64,000 nt of DNA from Balneolales bacterium (GTDB lineage Bacteria; Bacteroidota; Rhodothermia; Balneolales; HLUCCA01): the NCBI GenBank assembly GCA_024711145.1, contig JANJTJ010000002.1, positions 31,593 to 95,592 on the forward strand, given 5' to 3'. This document shows positions 18,183 to 26,854 of this stretch, in pieces. Both the position numbers and the translations under genes were made by a program. Numbering within the stretch: the stretch's first letter is position 1; each line of letters starts with the position of its first letter. The notes beneath the pieces are model-generated. The model searched no databases. It worked only from the letters and a program-made list of their open reading frames with translations, and was not told where the DNA came from.

Positions 18183-19664
18183 TCATTCCAAATTCAAATA
18201 CGCCATCAATCCGTGGAGACCGCCTTCGCGACCCACACCGCTTTCCTTGTAGCCGCCGAAGGGACTGGCCGGGTCGAATTTGTTGAAGGTGTTGGCCCAA
18301 ACCACTCCGGCGCGCAATTTGCCGGTCATCTTGAAGATCTTGGAGCCTTTGTCGGTCCATACGCCGCCGGAGAGGCCGTACGGGGTGTTGTTGGCTTTTT
18401 CGAGCGCTTCTTCGGGCGTACGGAAGGTCTGGATGGCCAACACGGGGCCGAAGATCTCTTCCTGCACGATGCGGCTGGATTGGGCCACATTGGTGAACAG
18501 GGTGGGAGGGCACCAATAGCCTTTTCCGGGTAGCTCGCAGGCCGGTTGGTACATTTCGGCGCCTTCCTCCAGACCGATCTTCAGGTAGCCGGAGATCTTG
18601 TCGAGCTGCATGCGGGAGTTGATGGCACCGATGTCGGTGTTCTTGTCGAGAGGGTCGCCCACGCGCAGGGTCTGCATGCGGTCTTTGAGCTTGCGGATCA
18701 CGGTACCGGCCACGCTTTCCTGAACGAACAGGCGGCTGCCGGCACAGCAGACATGGCCCTGGTTGAAGAAGATGGCGTTCACCACACCTTCCACGGCCTG
18801 GTCGAGCGAGGCGTCCTCGAAAATGATATTGGCCGCTTTGCCACCGAGTTCGAGCGTGTAGGATTTGCGGGTACCGGCCAGCGACTCCATGATCTTCTTG
18901 CCCACGGCGGTACTGCCGGTGAAGGCGACCTTGTCCACACCGGGGTGGTTCACCAGGGCGGACCCCGTTGCGCCGGCACCGGTCACGATGTTCACCACGC
19001 CGTCGGGCAGGCCGGCATCGCGAATGAGTTCGGCCAGCTTGAGTGCCGTTAGCGGGGTGGTTTCGGCGGGTTTGAGTACCAAGGTGTTCCCGCAGGCCAA
19101 GGCCGGTGCGATCTTCCAGGCCGCCATGAGGAGGGGGAAGTTCCAGGGAATGACCTGCCCCGCCACACCGATGGGTTTCGGGGTTTTGCCGGGAAAGGCG
19201 TACTGGAGTTTGTCGGCCCAACCGGCATAATAGAAGAAGTGGGCGGCCACCAGGGGCACATCCACATCGCGCGATTCACGGATGGGTTTGCCCCCGTCCA
19301 GCGATTCGATCACCGCGAATTCGCGGGCGCGTTCCTGGAGCAGCCGGGCGATGCGGAACAGGTATTTGCCCCGTTCGGCACCAGGTAACTTGGACCAGGC
19401 CGGAAACGCCTTGCGGGCGGCGGCCACGGCGGCATCCACATCTTCGGCGCCGGCTTCGGCCACCTCGGCCAGTTTCGATTCGGTGGCCGGGTTGTGCGTA
19501 TCGAAATACCGGCCGCTCTTCGGCTCAACGAATCGGCCGCCGATGAACAGGCCGTAGCGGGCGTCGATCTTGGCATGGCCGCGGTCCTCGGGCGCCGGAT
19601 CGTAGCTCCAGATGCCGCTGAAATCGAGTTTGAGTCCGTCGGTGGTGGGTTCGGGCGTTCGCAT
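18183..19664 (-). CDS. NAD(P)-dependent aldehyde dehydrogenase (493 aa)
   Basis: Full-length ALDH with VIPWNFPLLMAAWK, FTGSTAVGKKI, the catalytic Glu (LELGGKAA) and Cys (NQGHVCCAGSR), EEIFGPV and PFGGYKESG. Confidence 0.92.
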   Translation of the reverse strand: MRTPEPTTDGLKLDFSGIWSYDPAPEDRGHAKIDARYGLFIGGRFVEPKSGRYFDTHNPATESKLAEVAEAGAEDVDAAVAAARKAFPAWSKLPGAERGKYLFRIARLLQERAREFAVIESLDGGKPIRESRDVDVPLVAAHFFYYAGWADKLQYAFPGKTPKPIGVAGQVIPWNFPLLMAAWKIAPALACGNTLVLKPAETTPLTALKLAELIRDAGLPDGVVNIVTGAGATGSALVNHPGVDKVAFTGSTAVGKKIMESLAGTRKSYTLELGGKAANIIFEDASLDQAVEGVVNAIFFNQGHVCCAGSRLFVQESVAGTVIRKLKDRMQTLRVGDPLDKNTDIGAINSRMQLDKISGYLKIGLEEGAEMYQPACELPGKGYWCPPTLFTNVAQSSRIVQEEIFGPVLAIQTFRTPEEALEKANNTPYGLSGGVWTDKGSKIFKMTGKLRAGVVWANTFNKFDPASPFGGYKESGVGREGGLHGLMAYLNLE

Positions 19665-19667
19665 GGG

Positions 19668-20576
19668 TCAGTCTTTGGAGAAATAATCGAGGGAGGTGTA
19701 CACACCCGTTTCCTGCTTCACGATCTGCATGAGGATGTCGTTGGCCAACACGGAGGCACCGAACCGGAACCAGTCGGGGTGCAACCAGGCGGCCCCCAGG
19801 GTTTCCTTGACCATCACCAGATAGCGGAGGGCGGTTTTGGCGTCGCGTATGCCGCCGGCGGGTTTCATGCCCACCATGCGACCGGTGGCGTAGTAATGGT
19901 CGCGGATGGCTTCCAACATCACCAGCGTGACCGGCTGCGTGGCCGATGGCGTCACTTTGCCCGTGCTGGTCTTGATGAAATCGGCGCCGGCGGCCATGGA
20001 GATGTCGCTGGCCTTGCGTACCAGTTCCAAGGTGTGCAGTTCGCCGGTTTCCAGGATGACCTTGAGATGGGCGGGGCCGCAGGCTTCCTTCACGGCGGCT
20101 ACCTCGTCGAAGGTGAAGGCGTATTCGCCCCGGAGGAACTCGCCCCGGGAGATGACCATGTCGATCTCGTCGGCGCCGTCGTCTACGCATCGGCGTACTT
20201 CGTCCAGTTTCTCGGGCAAGGGTGCGTGCCCGCTGGGGAAGGCGGTGGCTACGGAAGCCACGTTCACGCCGGTGCCCCGCAACTCCTGTTTGGCCAGTTT
20301 CACGAACGGCGGATATACGCATACGGCGGCCACCCGGGGCAGGTCGTCGCGGCCCGCTATGGGTTGCACGGCCTTGCGGCAGAGCTGGCGCACCTTTCCG
20401 GGCGAATCCATACCCTCCAAGGTGGTGAGGTCGAGCATGCTCAAAGCCAGTTTCAAGGCTTGCACCTTGGAGCTTTTCTTGATGCTGCGGGTGTTCAATC
20501 GGGCCACACGCTCTTCCACACCTACGGTGTCGATGGGAACGATGCGGCTGAAATCGGGATAGGTTCGGTCGGCCAT
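19668..20576 (-). CDS. deoC: Deoxyribose-phosphate aldolase (long form)
   Basis: LDLTTLEG, ADEIDMVI and the Schiff-base region DFIKTSTGK, plus GMKPAGGIR. The stop is 3 nt upstream of the ALDH start. Confidence 0.88.
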   Translation of the reverse strand: MADRTYPDFSRIVPIDTVGVEERVARLNTRSIKKSSKVQALKLALSMLDLTTLEGMDSPGKVRQLCRKAVQPIAGRDDLPRVAAVCVYPPFVKLAKQELRGTGVNVASVATAFPSGHAPLPEKLDEVRRCVDDGADEIDMVISRGEFLRGEYAFTFDEVAAVKEACGPAHLKVILETGELHTLELVRKASDISMAAGADFIKTSTGKVTPSATQPVTLVMLEAIRDHYYATGRMVGMKPAGGIRDAKTALRYLVMVKETLGAAWLHPDWFRFGASVLANDILMQIVKQETGVYTSLDYFSKD

Positions 20577-20585
20577 GGGGCGAAG

Positions 20586-21599
20586 TTAGGGAAGCTGACG
20601 GAAGGTGCGGTGTCCTCGGATGAAATGAGCCCATACCACGCTGCCGGGGTACAGCCCGCTGAGCCGCTCCAAAGGCGGCGGTGGGTGCACCGGCGAACGT
20701 TTGCGCCAGTGGCGGCGGCTGCGGAAGAGGGTGTGCCAACTGGCACGCACCAAGGCGACCGCCTCGGCCCATTTGCCGGTAACGAGCAGTCGGAACAGGG
20801 CCATGTCGTCCAGCACGGCCCGCACCAGGAAGGTGCGCAACAGGCGCCCCTTGGGTAGGTTCTTGACCAGCATGGCGTGGTTGTTCCGGAAATTGTAGTA
20901 GGTCTTGCGGGGCGAGGCTGCCGGCAGCGACCCGCCACCCCAATGGTACACCACGCTGCGGGGTTCGTAGGCCACCCGCCACCCATGGGCTTGGGCCCGC
21001 CAGCACAGGTCGATCTCCTCCATATGGAACTCGAAATCCTCGTCGAACCCGCCCAGGGTTTCGAAGAGGGAGCGGCGGATGGCGAAGGCGGCCCCGCTGG
21101 CCCAGAAGATGTCGCAGGCGTCGTCGTACTGGCCCAGGTCTTCCTCGACCACGTCGAAGATCCGTCCCCGGCAGAAGGGATACCCGTAGCGGTCCAACCA
21201 TCCCCCCGCGGCTCCCGCATATTCGAAATGGGTGGGCCGGGCCTCGCTGCGCAATTTCGGCTGCAAAATGCCCAGGTCCGGCTCGGCCCGGAAACGGGCG
21301 GCCAGAGGTTCCAACCAACCGGGTTCCACACGCACGTCGTTGTTCAGGAACAGCAGGAGGTCGCCGGTGGCCTGGCGGGCACCCCGGTTGTTGCCTCCGC
21401 AGTACCCGTGGTTGGCGTCGAAGGTGTCGATCTTCACCTGGGGATGGTGCGCACGCACCCATTCGGCCGAGCCGTCGGCCGAGGCGTTGTCGGCCAGGCG
21501 GATCTCGAGGTCGGCATAGGTGCTGGCCACCACCGATGGCAGGTACCGCTGCAACAGGGGCAAGGCGTTCCAGGTCACGATGATTACGGAGATGCGCAT
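20586..21599 (-). CDS. Family 2 glycosyltransferase
   Basis: MRISVIIVTWNALPLL..., ADNASADGS, FLNNDV and HMEEIDLCWR are typical GT2 (rhamnosyltransferase-like) features. I take the start as ATG 21599, not the ORF-track start 21662. Confidence 0.8.
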   Translation of the reverse strand: MRISVIIVTWNALPLLQRYLPSVVASTYADLEIRLADNASADGSAEWVRAHHPQVKIDTFDANHGYCGGNNRGARQATGDLLLFLNNDVRVEPGWLEPLAARFRAEPDLGILQPKLRSEARPTHFEYAGAAGGWLDRYGYPFCRGRIFDVVEEDLGQYDDACDIFWASGAAFAIRRSLFETLGGFDEDFEFHMEEIDLCWRAQAHGWRVAYEPRSVVYHWGGGSLPAASPRKTYYNFRNNHAMLVKNLPKGRLLRTFLVRAVLDDMALFRLLVTGKWAEAVALVRASWHTLFRSRRHWRKRSPVHPPPPLERLSGLYPGSVVWAHFIRGHRTFRQLP

Positions 21600-21605
21600 G
21601 GGCCG

Positions 21606-21613
21606 GGAAGATA
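21606..21613 (-). promoter_or_regulatory. -7-like box (TATCTTCC) for the GT2-deoC-ALDH operon
   Basis: The minus strand reads TATCTTCC, ending 6 nt before the GT2 ATG. It belongs to a recurring TATCTT / TATATT motif set in the intergenic DNA. Confidence 0.3.
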
Positions 21614-21654
21614 CGATGCCGGATTTGGGTACCTTCCGGCACAACCCCATTCCC

Positions 21655-22161
21655 ATGCGCATCGGCCTGTTATCAGATACCCATCATTTCCTGGATCCGG
21701 CTTTGGAGTCGGTTTTCTCCGGTTGCGACGAGATCTGGCATGCGGGCGATTTCGGCACGGCGGCCGTGGCCGACCAGCTGGCCGCCTGGGCACCCTTGCG
21801 CGGGGTTTTCGGCAATATCGACGGCGCCGACATCCGGTCCCGCTTTCCCGATGTGCTGCGGTTCCGCGTGGAGGGTGTGGAGTTCTTCATGACCCACATC
21901 GGTGGCAATCTCGGCCGTTACGCCCTGCCCGTGCGCGCCGAGATCCTGGCCAATCCTCCGGATGTGTACATCTGCGGGCATTCCCATATCCTGAAAGTGG
22001 GGCGCGACCAGAACCTGCACAACCGCATGCTGTTCATCAATCCGGGTGCGGCGGGTCGGCATGGGTTTCAGGAAGTGCGTACCGCCATGCGCTTTTCGGT
22101 GGACGCCGGCCGTGTGCACGATGTGGAAGTGATCACTCTCGGGCCCCGGGTGGAGCCATAA
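21655..22161 (+). CDS. YfcE/MJ0936-family metallophosphoesterase
   Basis: MRIGLLSDTHH..., HAGDFG and ICGHSHI match calcineurin-like phosphoesterase motifs. Confidence 0.8.
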   Translation: MRIGLLSDTHHFLDPALESVFSGCDEIWHAGDFGTAAVADQLAAWAPLRGVFGNIDGADIRSRFPDVLRFRVEGVEFFMTHIGGNLGRYALPVRAEILANPPDVYICGHSHILKVGRDQNLHNRMLFINPGAAGRHGFQEVRTAMRFSVDAGRVHDVEVITLGPRVEP

Positions 22162-22191
22162 AAAAAGCCCGGTCCGTATCGGGAACCGGGC
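22160..22191. terminator. Bidirectional intrinsic terminator between convergent genes
   Basis: An A7 run, then GCCCGGT...ACCGGGC (22167..22191). Read on the minus strand, the hairpin is followed by a T-run, so it should work well for the 22217..22672 gene. It is weaker for the plus-strand gene. Confidence 0.65.
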
Positions 22192-22216
22192 TTGTATGGG
22201 TCGATTCTAGGGATCT

Positions 22217-22672
22217 TCAGAAGGTGATGCGCACCCCGGCGTTGATGCCCAGGATGGCGGCTCCGCCGAGCATGTAACGGGCTTCGCCATACGCGCTGCC
22301 GAATCCGAGTTTGTATTCGGCACCGGCGCCCAGGTTCAGAATGCCCGATACCAGGCCGGTGGTGGTGTCGCTGTTCCAGAACAGGGCCGAGCTGCCCACG
22401 ATGGCGTAGGCTTTCATGGTTTCCTTGTTCAGCACGAAATAATGGGCGTTGGCCGTGATTTCGATCAGGGTTCCGCCATCGACGAAATAGTACCCGATTT
22501 CACCACCGCCACGGGTGTTCTTGTACAGTTGGTCGGTGTTGCGGTACATGCTCACGTGCACACCGGCACCTTCGAGGAAGCTCAGGCCGCCGCCGAGTTG
22601 GAACTGGGCTTGGGCTTTTTCGGTGGGGAGGAGCAGGGCCAGGACGAACGCCAGGGAGAGTAGGTATTTCAT
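22217..22672 (-). CDS. Small outer-membrane beta-barrel protein (OmpW/opacity-like)
   Basis: MKYLLSLAFVLALLLPTEKAQA|Q, with alternating Gly- and aromatic-rich strands, ending ...GVRITF. The start could instead be GTG 22687. Confidence 0.55.
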   Translation of the reverse strand: MKYLLSLAFVLALLLPTEKAQAQFQLGGGLSFLEGAGVHVSMYRNTDQLYKNTRGGGEIGYYFVDGGTLIEITANAHYFVLNKETMKAYAIVGSSALFWNSDTTTGLVSGILNLGAGAEYKLGFGSAYGEARYMLGGAAILGINAGVRITF

Positions 22673-22830
22673 GGGATGGTGCGACACAAATGTTGTTGAT
22701 GGGTTGAGGTCGGAAAATCCGTTACCACAAACCGTGCCAACACCGATTCCGCCGTCCGGGAGGCGGTTTCCGGATGGGGTTGTCGGACATATCCGACAGG
22801 TGGGGGAGCCTTGTCGGATTCGGCAGACTC

Positions 22831-24204
22831 CTACTTGCCGGCCATCCAGCGCAAGGCCAGGCCGATGAGCAGCAGATAGACGGCCAGGGCCAGGCCCACA
22901 TAGGCGAACCCGGCCGACGGGTCCTCGAAATAGTTGACCGGAGCGTTGATGAGTACCAGCAGGGGGAACCCGAGCACCAGGGCCAGGCCGCTACCATACA
23001 CCAGGTCGTGGCTCACCGGCGATTTGAGCCGGGGATCGAGCACCCGCAGCAGCACCAGGGCCGACTGCATGGTTCCGGTCATGTTGCCGAACACAGCCAA
23101 AAACCGCTCGAGGCGGTGGTCGGTGAACAGGCCGTTGATGGCGATGCGCAGGGTGCACACGGTGGCTACCGTAACGGCTACGCTCATGAGCAGGATGGGC
23201 AGCCAGTACGCGGCCACCACGGCGAAACTGATGGCGGCCACGGAAGCCACCACCATGAGGTCCATACTCACATTGGCGATGCGGGTCATGGTGGGATCGT
23301 CCACATAGGTGCCGGCGCGGGTGGCGTCGAGCAAGCGCCGCATGCCCATGGCCACCACGGCCGCCGCGATGAAATGGAAACTCCAGAGCGTGGGGATTTC
23401 CTGTCCGGCACCGGCCGCGACCAGCAGCCGCTCGGCTCCGGTGAGCAAGACCCAGGTGACCACATAGGTAAGCCCGACGAGGCCGGCGTGGAAGGTGAGC
23501 GATTCCAGGCTTTCGGGCGCCGTGGTCAGATGCCCTCCATGGGGTCGCCCCCCGGGGGCGATCAGGCCGGTGCGCAGCTCGCGGCCGGCGGCCGTATCGG
23601 CATCGAGGTAGGTGGCCTGGCCGGCCGCGATGCCCCGGCGCAGGTAGGCGATACCCACACCATAGGCCACCAGGAACCCGATGGCGGCCAGGGTCAGCCC
23701 AACGATGCCTCCATCGGGGAAGCCGTGCGACTCCCAGTTGGAACCGATGGAATAGGCGATACCCGGATTCATACCGAAGGCCAGTGGCATCAGCAACCCG
23801 ATGCCGGCGAACAAGTCGGGCATGATGGTGGCGATGAGCGCATAAGCGATACCCAGGCCCACCAGGCCCTGGATCAGGTAGGAGAAGATGAACAACAACC
23901 CGAAAATGACGGGGTTGCGGCCTTTGCCCTGTTCCGGCGAGCGTAACCCCAGTGCGATGAACAGCAAGGCCAACAAATGGTACACGTACACCGCCAGGCG
24001 GTCGCCGTCCAGGTCGATCCAGGCGAATCCGTTGCTGCCGCAGGCCAGGGCCAGCATGCCGGCCAGCAGGTTGACCGGTATGAGGTAGTCCTGGATGAGC
24101 CCGACCTGGCGCCGCAGCCACACGGCCGCCACCACGAAAACCCCCATCCAGGCGAAATCCAGGAAAAAGGCGCCGGCCGGAAACTCCAGCGACCAGGCAC
24201 TCAT
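22831..24204 (-). CDS. Polytopic membrane transporter, GltS (sodium:glutamate symporter)-like
   Basis: 457 aa with about 10-12 hydrophobic segments. The N-terminus (LRRQVGLIQDYLIPVNLLAGMLA) and overall layout resemble the ESS/GltS family. Judged by eye only. Confidence 0.45.
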   Translation of the reverse strand: MSAWSLEFPAGAFFLDFAWMGVFVVAAVWLRRQVGLIQDYLIPVNLLAGMLALACGSNGFAWIDLDGDRLAVYVYHLLALLFIALGLRSPEQGKGRNPVIFGLLFIFSYLIQGLVGLGIAYALIATIMPDLFAGIGLLMPLAFGMNPGIAYSIGSNWESHGFPDGGIVGLTLAAIGFLVAYGVGIAYLRRGIAAGQATYLDADTAAGRELRTGLIAPGGRPHGGHLTTAPESLESLTFHAGLVGLTYVVTWVLLTGAERLLVAAGAGQEIPTLWSFHFIAAAVVAMGMRRLLDATRAGTYVDDPTMTRIANVSMDLMVVASVAAISFAVVAAYWLPILLMSVAVTVATVCTLRIAINGLFTDHRLERFLAVFGNMTGTMQSALVLLRVLDPRLKSPVSHDLVYGSGLALVLGFPLLVLINAPVNYFEDPSAGFAYVGLALAVYLLLIGLALRWMAGK

Positions 24205-25388
24205 CCGGCCCGTTCTCCGCTTTGCAGGCGGCGCAGGTAGATCTGCCAGGCCAAGGCGCTCTGCCCCTCCAGGTTGATCTGCACCGAACCGCCGGTGGTG
24301 GGGTACAGGCTGAGTTTGTGGTTGCCCTCGATGGAGATGTATTTCACATCATCGACGGGTATGCGCTGTTTTTTGCCGTCAACGGTATATATGAAGGCTT
24401 CCGGTGTGAGCACGGCGTCGCCGTCGGGCAGGCGCACCAGGTCGAGCCGGTCGTTCAGGGTGTAGATGGGTCGGTGGGTGGCCGAAAGCAGGGTACCGTC
24501 TTTGCGCAGGGTCATGGGCAACCGGTTCATGCCGTCGTACACCTCCAGCAGGTTGTGGGAGGCCCCGTCGCGGTCGATCAGGCGGGAGTGGATGTCCATG
24601 CGGTACCGGAATGCGGGGGCGGCATGGGAGCGGACCTCGTGCCCGTCGGGCGAATAGACGGCGCCGGGCGACCCGGTGACCGGGCAGCGGTACAGGAAGC
24701 GTTGGATGCCCGAGGCGGGTTTCCAGCCCATCACGGGCAGGGTTTCCACCGGCGGTTCGTATTCGTCGAATCGGATGGCCTGGCGGCAGGCTTCGGCGAA
24801 GGTGTCGTAGTCGGCGAAATCGGACGGATGCAGGGGTTTGAGCCAGCGCGCCTCCACGGAGCCCGGCCGGGGGTGGTCGGCCCAACGCGGCCAGGTGAGG
24901 AAACTGCCGTGCAACTGTACGGGATGCACCGGCACTTTCAGCTTCCAGAACAGCTTCATGGTGCTTTCGATGAGGCCCTTGGGCCGGCCGTCCCACCGGC
25001 GTCCTCCTTCCGGAAAGATGACGACCATGCGGCGTTGGTCCATCATTTTCACCACGCTGCGCACCACGCCGGGTTCGGGCACATACTTGCTGGTGGGTAC
25101 GATACCGACCGAATCCATGGCCAGGGCCGGTACGGTTTTGTGGAACTGCTCGCGGGTCATGACACCGGCGGTGGGTTCCGACTTCATCAGCACGTTCAGG
25201 AAGAACGGATCGAAATAGTTGCTGTGGTTGCCGAAGATGAAGCAGGGACCCGTGGTGGGCATGTGTTCCCGCCCCGTCACACGCACCCGGAAGATCAGAT
25301 TGGTGGTGCCGATGATGAGGTTGTGCAGGATGGGAAAGGTGAGGTCGGAGAAGCCTCTATCGTTTTTCTTGAACCGGAACGACGTCAT
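24201..25388 (-). CDS. PlsC-family (lysophospholipid) acyltransferase with an uncharacterised C-terminal half
   Basis: I take the start as ATG 25388 (MTSFRFKKND). It has the HX4D motif (GNHSNYFD) and FPEGGR. ATGA overlaps occur with the crtD-like stop and the GltS-like start. Confidence 0.7.
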   Translation of the reverse strand: MTSFRFKKNDRGFSDLTFPILHNLIIGTTNLIFRVRVTGREHMPTTGPCFIFGNHSNYFDPFFLNVLMKSEPTAGVMTREQFHKTVPALAMDSVGIVPTSKYVPEPGVVRSVVKMMDQRRMVVIFPEGGRRWDGRPKGLIESTMKLFWKLKVPVHPVQLHGSFLTWPRWADHPRPGSVEARWLKPLHPSDFADYDTFAEACRQAIRFDEYEPPVETLPVMGWKPASGIQRFLYRCPVTGSPGAVYSPDGHEVRSHAAPAFRYRMDIHSRLIDRDGASHNLLEVYDGMNRLPMTLRKDGTLLSATHRPIYTLNDRLDLVRLPDGDAVLTPEAFIYTVDGKKQRIPVDDVKYISIEGNHKLSLYPTTGGSVQINLEGQSALAWQIYLRRLQSGERAG

Positions 25389-26854
25389 GATGAAATCGGG
25401 ATGTGGGAGACCGCATGGAAGGCGGAAAGTACGCAGAGGGGGATACCGCCGCCCGGATGCGTGCTTCCGCCGGTGAGGTACAGGTTTCTGATGTGGGGCG
25501 AGCGGTTGCGGGGCCGCAGGAAGGCGGCCAGCCGCGAGTTGGAACTGGTACCGTAGATGCTGCCGCCGTGGCTGCGGTAGCGGCGTAGGAAGTCGCCGGG
25601 TGTGATGTGCGAACGGTAGGCGATGCGGGTGCGCAACCCGTCGTATCCGCGCTGCTCCAGCGTGGCGATGAGATGGTCGCCGTACGCGGGTGCCACCGAT
25701 TCCCAATCGGTATGGGCATCGGTATAGGGTGCGTTGACCAGGATGAACCAGTTGGCGCCGCCGGCGGGGGCGTGGTCGGCATCGGTCACGGAGGTGTCGG
25801 CGATGTAGATGGATGGGTCCTGCGGCAGACGCCGATGGTCGAAGATGTCGCGGAATTCGGCGGGGTAGTCGCCGCCGAACAGCAGGGTGTGGTGGGCCTG
25901 GCCCTCGTAGCGCCGGTCGAGCCCGAGCAGCAGCACGAACCCGCTGCAGGAGGGTTCGGCGGCGGCCGTGCGCCGGCGCAAGCCGGCCGGCACCGCCTCG
26001 GGTGGCAGCAGGCGCAGGTAGGTTTCGGCGGCATCGGCGTTGGAGACGACCACATCGTAGGCGGTGCCGTCCACACCGACAGCCGTGCCGGCACGCACGT
26101 CGATGCGCCGAACGGGCGTTTCGAACCGATACGAAACGCCCAGGTCGGCGCCGAGCCGGTGCAGGGCCTGGGCCACCCGATACAGCCCTCCTTCCACATA
26201 CCAACCGCCCATGGTGAGTTCCACGTGGGGTATCACGTTGAGTGTGGCGGGGGCCCGGTAGGGTGAGCTGCCGTTGTAGGTGGTGAATCTTTTGAAAAAC
26301 TGGCGCAGGTAGGGCGAAGCGAACCGCGAATCGACCCGGGAGCTGACGGTGCGCAGGGCGTCGATGCGCAACAGGTCGCTGATGCGCAGGTGGGCCAGGT
26401 CGCGCCAGCTGTCGAGGGGATTGAACAGGAAGGCGTCTGCCGTGCGGCGGTACAGGTCTTCGGAATACCGCAGGAACTGCAGGTAGGCGTCGGTGTCGGC
26501 CGGGGCGATGCGGCGGATCTCGGCCAGAGCGGCTTCCGGTTCCGAATAGCTATCGAACCGGGTACCGTCGGCGAACCGGTAGTGGCAGAGCGGGTGCAGG
26601 GGGCTGAGCGTGAGGTAATCCTCGAGCCGTTTTCCGCAGGTTTCGAACAGGCGCCGCAGCACGAAGGGCATGGTCATCAGGGAGGGACCCGTATCGAACC
26701 GGAATCCATCCGCCCGGATTTCGGACATCTTGCCACCGGGCACGGCATTGGCTTCGAGCACGTCCACGCGGTAGCCCCGGGCGGCCAACAGGGCGGCCGA
26801 GGCCAAACCGCCGATGCCGGCCCCGATTACCGCAGCCGAAGCTTGGCCACGCAT
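25385..26854 (-). CDS. CrtI-family carotenoid desaturase, CrtD (1-hydroxycarotenoid 3,4-desaturase)-like
   Basis: I take the start as ATG 26854 (MRGQASAAVIGAGIGGLASAALLAARGYRVDVLEANAVPGGK), a FAD dinucleotide fold. FRFDTGPSLMTMP and the C-terminal GGSTHPGGGIP are also present. Confidence 0.75.
   Translation of the reverse strand: MRGQASAAVIGAGIGGLASAALLAARGYRVDVLEANAVPGGKMSEIRADGFRFDTGPSLMTMPFVLRRLFETCGKRLEDYLTLSPLHPLCHYRFADGTRFDSYSEPEAALAEIRRIAPADTDAYLQFLRYSEDLYRRTADAFLFNPLDSWRDLAHLRISDLLRIDALRTVSSRVDSRFASPYLRQFFKRFTTYNGSSPYRAPATLNVIPHVELTMGGWYVEGGLYRVAQALHRLGADLGVSYRFETPVRRIDVRAGTAVGVDGTAYDVVVSNADAAETYLRLLPPEAVPAGLRRRTAAAEPSCSGFVLLLGLDRRYEGQAHHTLLFGGDYPAEFRDIFDHRRLPQDPSIYIADTSVTDADHAPAGGANWFILVNAPYTDAHTDWESVAPAYGDHLIATLEQRGYDGLRTRIAYRSHITPGDFLRRYRSHGGSIYGTSSNSRLAAFLRPRNRSPHIRNLYLTGGSTHPGGGIPLCVLSAFHAVSHIPISS

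Noticed and set aside
22688-22830. Short inverted repeats (GTCGGACATATCCGAC and CCGCC...GGCGG) downstream of the GltS-like gene.
   Set aside because: The stems are 5-6 bp with no adjacent U-tract on the relevant strand. That is not convincing as a terminator or a structured RNA.
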